A stretch of 64,000 bases of DNA, taken from Camelus ferus (lineage: Eukaryota). Below are positions 37,440 through 49,600 of this stretch, one piece after another. The stretch covers positions 54,748,001 through 54,812,000 of the forward strand of contig NC_045707.1 in the NCBI RefSeq assembly GCF_009834535.1, read 5' to 3'. Every line of letters starts with the position of its first letter. Within the stretch, counting starts at the first letter, position 1. The notes beneath the pieces are model-generated. The model worked only from the letters and a program-made list of their open reading frames with translations, made no database searches and had not been told where the DNA came from. The position numbers were made by a program, and so were the translations under genes.

Positions 37440-37560
37440 AATTATTAATCAATCAATATTTAGCAAGTACCTAGTATATATCAGATACTTCTATGTTATA
37501 GTGGAAAAGGTGGATATGATTCTAGCCCTTGAAAAGCCCATAGTACAACTGGAAAAAAAG
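37440..37560 (-). mobile_element. L2 3' terminus
   Basis: aatcaatcaatatttagcaagtacctagtatatatcagatact...tctagcccttgaaaagcccatagtac. Confidence 0.5.
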
Positions 37561-38155
37561 GAATTAAATAAGTTGAAGTGGTGTTATAAAACAGGTTAAA
37601 ATTGTATGTAAATGTAAGACAAAGTGATATTTTCTCACTGGAAACTCATGAAACAACCTCAGTATTTGGTGTCTAACAATTCACTGTAGTCATGCTTTTT
37701 GGAACTTCTGACAAAATCATTAGTTATGTTCTTATTCCAAATATTAATTCTCTCATTTTATCAAACTTTTGCAAGAGTTGATTATCAAATCTGTAAAACA
37801 AATAATATTCATAATGGTCCCATTTATAAAAATCATGCTTAAACTCAATATTAAAGCATTTAGAAATCTCAGACAGAAAACTAATGGGAGTAAGTAAACA
37901 TGGAAAATGGAGAAATACTGTCTGATGGGGCAGGACAAAATATTTGGAATGAAAGCAGACACAGAGAAAAAACATGGAAGCTTTTAAGCCTCCTTCTCTT
38001 ACTTTTATGGAGGAAAAACTTAAGGCGTGCTGGGGGAACACGGAACATTGTACAAGTACACATGGATGACTGATGTCAATGTGTGGGTGTATTATTTCTG
38101 TGCACTCCGGAAATTCTCTGCATTTTTCTGCATATAATACTTAACATGGTATTAT

Positions 38156-38230
38156 ATGTTATGTTATGTTATGTTATGTTATGTTATGTTATGTTATGTT
38201 ATATTATATTATATTATATTATATTATATT
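38156..38230. repeat. Compound pentanucleotide microsatellite (ATGTT)9(ATATT)6
   Basis: Seen directly in the sequence. Confidence 0.97.
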
Positions 38231-39032
38231 ATATGTTTATCAGTTACTGCTTAAATTATTGGATTGTGAAATCAAAAGCCAAGTTAAACATATGTGCAAT
38301 TTTAAAAACCACATTCATAAAAACATATCCAAGTTTGAGAGAGTTGGAGACAAAAACAGGATTTCTTTCAGTCTTTGTGGTTATGAAGCACAGAAACTCA
38401 ACTTTCAAAGAAAAAATCTGATGTCCTTATGAAAAGGGCATGAGTTGTCAAAGGATTTTTCCAGTGCTTTAATAATCATAATGCTCATTGATAAAACCTT
38501 TTTGACCTAGTAATTAATCTGTGTATCTGCTAGGAAAGGTTCACCATAAATTTTAAATCCAACTGATTTTTCAAAAGCGTAGAGAGTTGTTCCTTCAATA
38601 AATTTTTACTGATATGTTAACTAGTTAATGATTGATATACCATGAAGATGCTCAGAATTATCTCAAGGGAGGTGAGAGAAGAATATTAATAATTCATAAA
38701 ATAATTTATATTTATTCTAACATAATCTTCTATGTTCATGAGATGGTCAGATAGTGTTTATTGTTGCTTGTATTTAACCTTTTGCCTGTCCAAATATAGC
38801 CAACACACTTAGACATGATTTCACACCTGGGACACTGAAAGACATTAGATAGCTGTTTGAGTAATTTGGGTATTCTTCCACAGTTCCAGCTGGAAAAGTT
38901 ATCTATGTTTTTAGAGTAGATTCTGTTGCCAGACACACTTGAGATTTCAACTTAGGGAAAAAAAAGTATTGGCAGAATTAAGTAAAGTAGGGAGAATGAT
39001 ATGAACATGAGTCAAGAATTCATTTCTGGAGG

Positions 39033-39213
39033 TTTTTTTAAAAATAAATTTTATTTATCTATTATTGTATTATTTTATTTTTAGTTTTTGGCAGGGGGAG
39101 GTAATTATGGTTTTTTTTTAATTATTTATTTTTTAGAGGAGGTACTGGGTATTGAACCCAGGATCTTATGCATGCTAACCATATGCTCTACCACTTGAAC
39201 TATACCCTCCCTC
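39033..39213 (-). mobile_element. tRNA-Ala-derived SINE (camelid vic-1 type), long-tail form
   Basis: ggaggtactgggtattgaacccaggatcttatgcatgctaaccatatgctctaccacttgaactataccctccc, plus an extra gggggaggtaatta tail block and poly(T). TSD tcatttct(g/a)gag at 39020-39031 and 39214-39225. Confidence 0.9.
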
Positions 39214-39300
39214 TCATTTCTAGAGTTTTAAAATCAAAGATTTTGAAAAAGAATGCAATAAGAAAGTAGACTTCATAGTTTTACAGTGCTCTTACCTTTT

Positions 39301-39452
39301 CAATTTTTTTCTATTGAAGTATAGACATAGTAAACAATCTTAGGGTTAATAAAGGGGAAAGGGGTGAGAAGGGATAAACTGGGAGTTTGAGATTTGCAAA
39401 TATTAACTAATATATGTAAAATAGATAAACAATAAATTTCTTTCATATAGAG
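39301..39452 (-). mobile_element. Miniature 5'-inverted (twin-primed) L1 insertion
   Basis: Poly(T) plus ctattgaagtatag (antisense L1 terminus) joined to a sense-oriented upstream 3' UTR piece. TSD cagtgctcttac at 39284-39295 and 39453-39464. Confidence 0.85.
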
Positions 39453-39589
39453 CAGTGCTCTTACTTTTGTGCCTAAGTGAGTTTATTTAAACTTTTTCTT
39501 CTTAATGATCATTCTTTCTTCTCCATTTAACTTACAAATTGGAGTATAACTGCCTTCAGTGTTACTGTGTTATATACATTTGTTATCAC

Positions 39590-39715
39590 TACTGGAGAGG
39601 TAGGTCTGATAGTCCCATTTCACAAATATGAAAACAGAATTTTCAGTAACTTATCAAAGTCAGAGAGCAAGTTGCAGAACCAGGACCAACTCATATGCTT
39701 CCCTCACCACACCCC
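39590..39715 (-). mobile_element. MIR fragment
   Basis: gaggtaggtctgatagtcccatttcacaaatatgaaaacaga...agtaacttatcaaagtcagagagc. Confidence 0.6.
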
Positions 39716-40361
39716 TCAGAATTATTTTCCAGCCACAAGTTTTTACTTATTTTGTCAATTACCTTATTTTTGCAGTTAGTATAAAGATTGACCTTTGGGG
39801 TTTGAATTCCTGTCACGAACTCTTAGCACACAAAGTGGCCTCTTCCCAGCTTCCTCCTATGTCCCATCTTTATCTTGTACACTCGATAACTATATTCTCT
39901 CATGGAGACAAACTTTCACTCACATGGTCCCAGGGGCAGGTTCCTTATGTTATATTATTTTATTATAAAAAAAATCATATTTGATATTTCTTAGAACATG
40001 AGATTTAGTATTTCTTTACTCTGTTACTTTTGGAAGTGATAAAATTTGAATATGGAATATATTTTAATTAATGGGTAATCTGAAATATACAATGAACTTT
40101 GATATATGTATAAGATAAATACAAATATCAACAACTCTATGGTTTGTGTTTTACCTTCAAATCTTTGGAGAAAAAATAACATATCTAATAAACATGATTT
40201 AATGTCCTTCAGTTAGAGAAATAGATCTTGTTGAGTTTCATTGCATATTTTTTCCTATTTATATGACCAAGATGATAAGAGTAAGGGGATAAAAATATGA
40301 TCACATAAGATTTCATCCATGCTTTTTTAGTTACGTGATTTACAGTGAACATGTATGCACA

Positions 40362-40395
40362 AGTGTGTGTGTGTGTGTGTATGTGTGTGTGTGTG
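40362..40395. repeat. Interrupted (TG)n microsatellite
   Basis: Seen directly in the sequence. Confidence 0.9.
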
Positions 40396-40479
40396 ACATA
40401 TTCTTAATCTGGAAGCTATATAAAATGGTTCTGTCACTTCCTTTTGAGAAGGTCTGTCCAGATGCTTCACATGGAATTC

Positions 40480-40900
40480 TACCCCTAATGTCAGGGTTCG
40501 AACAAGCAAGTGGGAGACTCAAGTCTGACCAAATGAAATAGAACATTCTGTAGCACACAGCGATGGCTAAGTGATGAGTACACTCACACAGACAAAGCCT
40601 TTGAGATACAATGTGATGCTTCCTGGGGCCACTGAAAGAGAGGCAAAGACTCTTCCCTATTGGACTTAAATGTGAAAGGCCAGGAGGCTGAGAACAAAGC
40701 CAGTATAGTGTATTTAGAGCCAAGACATGTAGAGCAAATAAGTCCTGTTGACAACATTTGAGGCTTTGGATCAAGCTGTACCTGAAAATTTACAGCTGGA
40801 CATTTCAGTTACATGAGGCAATAAAAATTTTTGTGTTGTTCTTTAAGCCAGTTTGAATTGCATTTCCTGTCATCTGCAAGAAATAATATTAACCAATACA
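40480..40900 (+). mobile_element. MaLR LTR (MLT1K/L-like)
   Basis: gacaacatttgaggctttggatcaagctgtacctgaa...tttcagttacatgaggcaataaa...ttaagccagtttgaattg...aaccaataca. Confidence 0.75.
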
Positions 40901-41119
40901 AAACAGATGACTTGGATACAATGACCCAGCAGAACCCGGTTTATATTACTAGCTTTAAAACTAAGAATTTCTAAGAAAAGGAGTCTGTTTTGCATAGAAA
41001 ATGGAAAATAGTTTGGAGTTGGAGATATGTGGGAAGAAAAAGGGATGAAAGAATATTCATGTCTGTACTGACACTGAAATATCAGTAACAATAATATTTA
41101 TAAAGCAGATTACTATTGA

Positions 41120-41895
41120 AAAAGACAAGCAAGTCAGATGTGGTCCCTGCATTCAAGGGGCTTATTGGAGCAAATAACATTAAGTAATCTGACAAAAAAG
41201 TAAGTAGACTTTTGATGATTTAGTTAAGCATAGTTCTGATGAGTTCTAGGAGGGTTAAATTATACAATGAAAATAGAAAGCTAACCTGAAAAATGGTAGT
41301 CAAGCTGCCACTAGAAGATCTGAGGAGTAAACTTAGGTGAATGGGGATGAGAGGGGGTCTTCAGAATTGGATATTGAGTCAAAAAAAGTATGGGGAAGAT
41401 TCTGTGCTAGGAAGTAAAGACCAACTATTTAAAGGATTTAAAACCCCAGTGTCACTGAGATGTAGTGATGAAAATGAAGTAAAAGTTACTGGCAAACGAC
41501 AGCTTGACCTGTTGTAATAATCTGTAAAGGGAGATAAGGAAAGTCAGGAAGCTGCTGGTAGACAGAGAAGGAAAGGAAGAATCAAAGGCTAGGAGGTCCC
41601 AACCAGGTTGTAGAACAGGGGATGTAGTATTCAAGAAGGAATGACAAAAATGAAAGATGTAAAATTGTGATTCCAGATGAGGAACATTTGTGGGAATGAT
41701 AGAGTTCAAAGTGTGACTGAGAAGATCAGTTACCAAGGTAAATCGGAAGGGAAGTTTCTTAGAAATAATAAAGTTCAGGTCTTAGCAATGTTAGATGAGT
41801 TATCCATAATGTTATTCATATCATCGAGTTTGATAAAAGGAATTGAAGTGTAACAAAAACAAGTCAACTGATGCCAAAGTCTTTAGCGAAGTAGG
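41120..41895 (-). mobile_element. L2 fragments
   Basis: agtcagatgtggtccctgcattcaaggggcttatt (L2 tail); gtgggaatgatagagttcaaagtgtgactg and gatgccaaagtctttagcgaa (internal L2-like). Confidence 0.5.
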
Positions 41896-41976
41896 TACAT
41901 TTGTATATGATATATAGCTGGAGCCAAATAAAGTTTAAAGAGCTACTTATTACTGACCGCATAAAGCATCAAGTAA

Positions 41977-42003
41977 ATATATATATATATATATATATAT
42001 ATA
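41977..42003. repeat. (AT)n microsatellite
   Basis: Seen directly in the sequence. Confidence 0.95.
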
Positions 42004-42024
42004 ACTTTAATTAAGACTCATTTT

Positions 42025-42180
42025 TTTCCCTATTAGGTAGGTACTCGATACTTTTGATTTTATAGATAAGAAGATCAAACTGTAGGGTGGAGTGATTAAG
42101 TAACTTGCTAAACATCACACAGTCAGGATTTGAACTCATGTATTTTTGACTCCAGAACATATACTGTTGACACACATACT
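42025..42180 (-). mobile_element. MIR SINE
   Basis: gattaagtaacttgctaaacatcacacagtcaggatttgaactcatgtatttttgactccaga. Confidence 0.75.
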
Positions 42181-43589
42181 CCATGTTAAAAGTAAACTGC
42201 ATGAGTGTCGACAGAGTAGAGAAAGTGACAGTGTGAAAACAAAAGATACTGATCCTAGGAGAAGTTTGAGAGATATACTAGAAAATAACACAGGGAGAAT
42301 AAAGAGGAGTATTTATCAAGCAGTATGGAGAGGCCAATAAGATGAAAAACATAACTCATTTGGTTTCATTTAAGGACTGAGAGATCTTGGATCAACAGTT
42401 GTGGGACTCCTGTGACTTTTCCTGGTGTTTTTCAGATGTAGGCCCTGTGGTGGACAGAATGCAAGCTTGAAATAAGAAAAATGAATCCGAACTCTTTTTG
42501 CAAGTAGTTACGTTCTTTTTTTTCACACTCTTGGTAGTCTCTTCCCATACTGAATATGCTCTTGGCCATGGGAAAATAACCAGTATGATTGTGGCTTGAT
42601 TTTTGGCCAAAGGGAAAAGACCAGCATGATTCAAGTGGAGACTTTAAAGGTGCTTGCTTATTAAGATTTTCTTGCTCCTGCGGCTCTTGGGAACCTTTCA
42701 ACCACCATCATATGAAAAGCCTCTGCTGGCCTACCAGATGAAAAATGCCTCATGTCCCTTGTTCATTAATAAATGATGCTTAGATTCATTAATCTTACAG
42801 CTCATTTTTCTGAGTTTAAAGAATTTACTTCTATTATATTAAGAGGTGATAAGTAAATCTATATTTTTTACATTTATATTTTTTCTTTACTTCAATATTT
42901 TTCTTATTATCCCTCCAATTTCAAGTCTTTGAACCTAAGTTCTCAGGTTTGTTGGCATAATAAATATCATGATTTCATTGTGATGTTAAAATAGGTAAAT
43001 ACATTAATTTATCAACACAGTCTTTGGCATATAATATGAGCTAAATAAATCATTATATATTTTATTAATAGAACAGGAGCTACAGTGCTTTTCCCAATTC
43101 TTGATATCTTTCAACACTTTAGAATAAATATTTCTTATAATAATCAGTTTGGAAATGTAAATCTTTTCTCCACAAAGTGATTTCAAAATTTTAAAGAATG
43201 TTTCCAAATTGATATTCCACTGAAACATTGTTGATACTCAATTCAAATTAAATAAATTAAGTAATAGTTGGTAAGCTTTTTTGAGTTCCATTTAGACTCA
43301 ATGAGTCTAAATCTCAATCTTTTATACTTTTCAAAAGTTACATTTTTATATTTTAAATGTTAAAAGTATTATGTGTTTAAATTACTAAATACCCATCTGT
43401 GCTACCAGTAAATGTAAAAAATCACATGAATACTAATTTTGTAAAATGCAAAAACATTTTTTAAATCACATTAACTATTCCAAATTGCATTCAACAAATA
43501 CAACCATGTGTTTCAAAATATTTTTGATATATGAATGCAGAAACTAAACATATTTTATTAGAATCTTAAGAAAGAGACACATCAGTGCA

Positions 43590-44140
43590 AAGCATGGCAT
43601 TGGTGACAAAGAAGCAGGGATATAACTACTTAATTCAATCTTGGGAACTTGTGCAAATTTTGTAATTTTGTGAAACTTCCGTTTCTTATCATAAGTTTCT
43701 TACCATAAGTTAAGAATGAAATACTATTTCATAGGGTTTTTGATAGGATAAAAAAAAGAACACATAAAGTCTTCAGAAGTTGCACATAAAAATTTAAAAA
43801 AATAATTTATAAATAAAAAGTAACTTATTATACTTAAAATTAAATAAGTAAATTATTTTATTTTAAATTAATTTAAATAAAAACTAGGCATATGGTAAAT
43901 GAAAGCACATGGTCTTTAGATTCAAATATTTGTGCCTGAATACTAGCATTATCACTTAATAATGACAGGACTATGGAGAACACTAATGAACTTTTAAAAA
44001 GCTGTATCTTCAGATCTGTGCAATCAAGATAGTAACATCTAGTTCATATGACGTGATTATTAGGTGAGCTAATATAAGCCAGCAATAATCCTTAGGGCAT
44101 ACAAAGCACTAATAAAGGGACAATCATTATTATTACCATC
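43590..44140 (+). mobile_element. Two degraded MIR copies (about 43590-43760 and 43885-44140)
   Basis: aatactatttcatagggtttttgataggataa; ggtctttagattcaaatatttgtgcctgaatactagc...tcttcagatctgtgcaatcaagatagtaacatctagttcat. Confidence 0.55.
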
Positions 44141-44251
44141 CTTATTAGCAGACTTTAGCTTTATTATTTAATAAAGTCATCACAGAGTAATTCTGTTAGA
44201 ATACTACTGGAAAGTTAATAAATATAAAATAAGTATAAAAACAAAAGTTAA

Positions 44252-44635
44252 GACGAGGCCAAGATGGTGGAGTAGTAGGACGCTCGTGGCTCACCCTCTC
44301 CCACACATACACCAAGACCCACTCAGCCAACCAGAGAACCTACAGAACTCCGACAGAACATCGTCCTCTTCAAAAGACAAAGATGCCAAAAATCTGGTAG
44401 GAGAAAGAAAAAAAAGAAAGACGAAAAGACAAATCATTTTGGGACCGGTCCCACAGGGAGGGAGCGGCAAAGGAGGACTAGCGCTCGTTCGCTAGGTCTC
44501 CCCTCTCCAACCGCGAGGCCAGTGGACGGAGGAGGAGCCTCCGAGGCTCGGATCTGTACGGAGCAGCCCTTGACCTACAGAACTAAGTTAAACGGGCACA
44601 GAGGGTCCCTGCGACACCCAGCCCAAGACCCGAGC
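44252..44635 (+). promoter_or_regulatory. L1 5' UTR internal promoter (GC/CpG-richer part with a YY1-like motif)
   Basis: caagatggtgg at about 44260 (canonical CAAGATGGCGG with CpG decay); the most CpG-rich patch in the window. Confidence 0.7.
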
Positions 44636-44640
44636 TAGAA

Positions 44641-45240
44641 TATTATTTTTAAAAATCCATGTCATGTCATTTTTATTTCTCTCGGTTTTGATCTCCTGTT
44701 ATTGACTATACACAGGTTTCAAATATATTTTTTTCCTCTTTTCTCCTTTTTTAAAGGTTTTTAAGAGATGTCTCAACCCGACTGCTGTTCTACTTCAAGT
44801 TGCTCTTCAATTATTCACTATACACTGTTTTCAAACCTTTTTTCCTTCCTTTTCAAAATTCTCTCTTTATCATATCTTTTTTTATCTGTTCTATTTTTTA
44901 TTATCTTTTTAATTTCTACTTTCTAAACAATTGTATATGCTTCTAGTTTTAATTCCTTTTTAAATTTTTCTTTTAAAGTAGTTACATTATTATTTTTTTT
45001 TAAATCCACCTGATTTCATTTTCATTTCTTTTGGTTTTGATCTCCTGTTATTGATTATAAATAGGTTTCAAATATCGTTTTTTGATCTTTTTTCCTTTTT
45101 TTAAGGGTTTTTAAAAAAGATGTCCCAACTTGAATGTTAGTCTGATTCAAATTGCTCTTCTATAACTGATTATACACTGTTTTCAAACCTTTTTTTATCC
45201 CTTCTTTTAAAATTCTCTCTCTCCTTTTTTTTTTTTTAAG
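44641..45240. repeat. Diverged T-rich tandem repeat (about 345-bp period, about 1.7 copies) in the L1 5' UTR
   Basis: ggttttgatctcctgttattga, aggtttcaaatat and tatacactgttttcaaaccttttt each occur twice, about 345-350 bp apart. Confidence 0.85.
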
Positions 45241-45330
45241 TTTTATTCCTACATAGGCATTAGATAAATAAACTCCTTTAAGGACCACAATAGATAACTG
45301 ACACGCCATAAGCCACAGTGCCAGAGAGAT

Positions 45331-46185
45331 ATGAGCAAGATGAAGAAGCAGAGAAACCATTCCCAATTAAAAGAACAAGAGAAATCCCCTGAAAGAATGA
45401 TCAATGAAATAGATATCAATGGCCCACTAGATCAAGATTTCAAAAAAGGAGTGAACAAAGTATTGAAGGAACTAAAAGACATAGTGTTTAGAGATATAAA
45501 ATATGTCAGAAATGAAATTGAAGCTATAAAGAAGAGCCAAGTAGAATTGATAAACTCATTGGCTGAGATGAGAACAGATCTAAAGGCTGTGCAAAGCAGA
45601 CTAGATAATGCAGAGGAACAAATTAGTGACCTAGAATATAGGACAACAGAAAGGACACAATCAAAACAACTGCAAGATAAACAAATAAAAACAAATTACA
45701 GCAACATAAGGGACCTATGGGATAATATAAAGTGTGCCAATCTTCGCATAATAGGGGTCCCAGAAGGGGAAGAAAGATCAAAGGGGATTGAAAAGGTTTT
45801 CGAAGAAATCATGACTGAAAACTTCCCAAACTTAAAGAAGGAATCAGATATCCAAGTACAGGAAGTTCAAAGGGTCCCAAACAGGAAGAACCCAAATAGA
45901 CCCACACCAAGACATATCATAATCAAGATGGCCAGAGTAAAGGATAAAGAAATGATCCCACAGGTAGCAAGAAAAAAGCAAAGAGTGAGTTACAAGGGAA
46001 CCCACATAAGGCTCTCAGCTGATTTCTCTACACAAACACTACAGGGCAGAAGGGAGTGGCAAGATAAATTCAAAGTCCTGAATGAAAAAAAGATGCAGCT
46101 TAGGATACTTTATCCAGCAAGGCTATCCTTTAGCATAGAAGGAGAGATAAAGAATTTCACAGATAAGCAAAAACTAAGAGTTTAG
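45331..46185 (+). CDS. LINE-1 ORF1p (RNA-binding chaperone); 284 aa open, C-terminal frameshift
   Basis: Coiled-coil region, then NLRIIGVPEGEE, ENFPNL, RPTPRHIIIKM and YPARLSF motifs. The expected tail (FSNTKPMLKEILKGLF*) continues in another frame to TAA at 46229-46231. Confidence 0.9.
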   Translation: MSKMKKQRNHSQLKEQEKSPERMINEIDINGPLDQDFKKGVNKVLKELKDIVFRDIKYVRNEIEAIKKSQVELINSLAEMRTDLKAVQSRLDNAEEQISDLEYRTTERTQSKQLQDKQIKTNYSNIRDLWDNIKCANLRIIGVPEGEERSKGIEKVFEEIMTENFPNLKKESDIQVQEVQRVPNRKNPNRPTPRHIIIKMARVKDKEMIPQVARKKQRVSYKGTHIRLSADFSTQTLQGRREWQDKFKVLNEKKMQLRILYPARLSFSIEGEIKNFTDKQKLRV

Positions 46186-46607
46186 CAACACTAAACCCAT
46201 GCTAAAAGAAATATTGAAAGGTCTATTCTAAATAGAAATGCATCAGGATGCTACAGAAATGAGAAACTCATAACTGGAAAGGTGATAGCTCATGAATTAC
46301 AAATAAAATAAACACGAAATTGTAAAAGAAGACATCAAAATCATTAAGAGAGGGAGAGGGAAGCAAGAAAATATAGAGTATTTTTTTTCTTTCTTTTAAA
46401 AATTTTTTGGTTTTGGTAGGATGGGTTCGAGATATAGTAATGGGCTAATAGACTTACAGAAAAGGGTAACCACAAGCCAAAAAATTACAAGGGATCACAA
46501 AAACTAAATAAAATCCATGATAATACAAAGGAAAATTACCAAACCACAAAAGAAAGAAGAAAGGAACAAAGAGGAAATACCAAATCAACTGCAAAAATAA
46601 GTTCAAA

Positions 46608-49600
46608 ATGGCAATAAACACACATCTATCATTAATTATGGTAAATGTTAATGGACTAAATGCTCCAGTCAAAAGACATAGAGTGGCAGACTAGATAATA
46701 AAGCAAGAACCTTCAATATGCTGCATACAAGAGACCCACTTTAGGGAGAAGGACACATACAGATTGAGAGTGAAAGGAAGGAAAAGGATATTCCACGCAA
46801 ATGGAAAAGCCAAAAAAAGCAGGTGTTGCAGTACTGATTTTAGACAAAATAGACTTTAAAACAAAGGCCATAAAGAAAGATAAAGAAGGACATTTTACAA
46901 TGATTAAAGGAGTAATACAAGTCGAGGATATTACACTCGTTAATATATATGCACCCAATATAGGAGCACCTAAATACATAAAACAATTACTAACAGAGAT
47001 AAAGGGGGATATTGATGAGAATACAATCATAGTTGGAGATTTTAACACCGCATTAACTTCACTAGACAGATCTTCCAGACAGAAAATAAATAAGGCAACA
47101 GAGAAACTAAATAATACAATAGAAAAATTAGATTTGGTGGATATTTTCAGAGCATTACAGCCCCCCAAAATAGGATATACATTCTTTTCAAGTGCACATG
47201 GAACATTTTCCAGGATTGATCATGTACTTGGGCACAAAAGAAACCTCAACAATTTTAAGATAGAAATTATCTCAAGCATCTTTACTGACCACAATGCCAT
47301 GAAACTAGAAATCAACAACAGAGTAACAAAGGAGAAAAAACGGAAAGCACGGAGATTAAACAATATGCTATTAAAAAACCAATGGGTCAATGAGGAAATC
47401 AAAGTTGAAATTAAAAAATACCTTGAGACAAATGAAAATGAAAGCACAACCACACAAAATATATGAGACAGAGCAAAGGCACTGCTAAGAGGGAAGTTTA
47501 TACCAATACATGCTTTCCTCAAAAAAGAAGAACAATTTCAAATAAACAATATAACCCACCAACTAAAGAACTAGAAAAAGAAGAACAAAAAACCCCAAAA
47601 GGCAGGAGAAGGAAGGAAATTATAAAGATCAGGGAGGAAATAAATAAAATACAGATTAAAAAAACCATAGAAACATAATCAATCAAACCAAAAGCTGGTT
47701 TTTTGAAAAACTAAATAAAATTGACAAACCTCTGGCCAAACTCACAAAGAAGAAAAAAGAGAGAGCACAAATTAGCAAAATAACAATGGAAAATGGAGAA
47801 ATTACAACAAATAAAATAGAAATACAGAATATCGTACGAGAATATTATGAAAAACTATATGGAACCAAACTGGATAACCTAGAGGAGATGGACAAGTTTC
47901 TGAAACATACAGTCCACCAAGACTGAATCAAGAAGAAACTGACAACTTGAACAAACCGATCACTAGAAATGAAATCGAAATAGCAATAAAAAACCTCCCT
48001 ACAAACAAAAGTCCAGGACCAGACGGCTTCACTGGGGAATTCTACCAAACATACAAAGAACTCATACCAGTCCTTCTCAAACTCTTCCAGATGATTGAAA
48101 AGGAGGGAATACTCCCAAACTCATTCTATGAAGCCACCATCACCCTGATACCAAAACCAGGCAAAGACACTACAAAAAAAGAGAATTATGGGCCAATATC
48201 ACTGATGAACATAGATGCCAAAATCCTCACCAAAATATTAGCAAATAGAATCCAACAACACATAAAAAACATTATACATCATGACCAAGTGGGGTTCATC
48301 CCAGGGACACAAGGCTGGTTCAACATACACAAATCAATCAATATAATACATCACATCAACAGGAGAAAGGACAAAAACCACATGATCATCTCAACAGATG
48401 CAGAAAAAGCATTTGATACAGTTCAACACCCATTTATGATGAAAACTCTCACCAAAGTGGGTATAGAGGGAACATATCTCAACATCATAAAAGCTATATA
48501 TGACAAACCTACAGCCAGCATAGTACTCAATGGTGAAAAACTCAAAAGCTTCCCACTAAAATCTGGGACAAGACAAGGATGCCCACTATCACCACTCCTA
48601 TTCAACATCGTCTTGGAACTCCTAACCACAGCAATCAGGCAAGAGAGAGAAATAAAAGGGCTCCAAATTGGAAAAGAAGAGGTAAAAGTGTCACTACATG
48701 CCGATGACATGTTACTATATATAGAAAACCCTAAAAGGCCACACAAAAACTACTAGAGCTGATTGAAGAATTCAGCAAGGTAGCAGGTTACAAGATTAAC
48801 ATTCAAAAATCAGTTGCATTTCTTTACACTAACGAGGAATCAACAGAAAAAGAAAGTAAAGAAACAATCCCCTTTAAAATAGCACCCAAAGTAATCAAAT
48901 ACCTAGGAATAAATGTAACCAAGGAGGTGAAAGAATCATACACAGAAAACTATAAACCATTGATGAAGGAAATTAAAGAAGACTTTAAAAAATGGAAAAA
49001 TATCCCATGCTCTTGGATTGGAAGAGTCAATATTGTTAAAATGGTCATACTGCCCAAGGCAATCTACAGATTTAATGCAATCCCTGTCAAATTACCCAGG
49101 ACATATTTCACAGAACTAGAACAAATCATAATAAAATTTATATGGAACCACAAAGACATAGAATTGCCAAAGCATTACTGAAGAGAAAGAAAGAGGCTGG
49201 AGGAATAACTCTCCCAGACTTCAGACAATACTATAGAGCTACAGTCATCAAGACAGCATGGTATTGGTACAAAAACAGCCATATAGACCAATGGAACAGA
49301 ATAGAGAGCCCAGAAATGAACCCACAAACTTTTGGTCAACTAATCTTCAACAAAGGAGGCAAAATATACAATGGAATAAAGACAGTCTCTTCAGCAAATG
49401 GTGTTGGGAAAACTGGACAGCAGCATGTAAAACAATGAAGCTAGAACACTCCCTTATACCATATACAAAAATCAACTCAAAATGGATTAAAGACTTAAAC
49501 ATAAGACAAGATACAATAAACCTCCTAGAAGAAAATACAGGCAAAACATTATCTGACATAGATCTCAAAAATGTTCCCCTAGAACAATCTACTCAAGCAA

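Noticed and set aside
38083..38432. ORFs with MLCYV/IILYY repeats
   Set aside because: They are translations of the pentanucleotide microsatellite.
44286..45366. ORFs in the L1 5' UTR (44286..44495 +, 45160..45366 -) as ORF0-like genes
   Set aside because: No resemblance to primate ORF0 that I can see; one ORF is lysine-rich from T tracts, and a single decayed copy cannot support coding function.
46692..47466. APOBEC-type hypermutation of the L1 (TGG to TAG/TGA stops)
   Set aside because: Only two such stops were noted, among many other substitution types and indels; this fits ordinary neutral decay.
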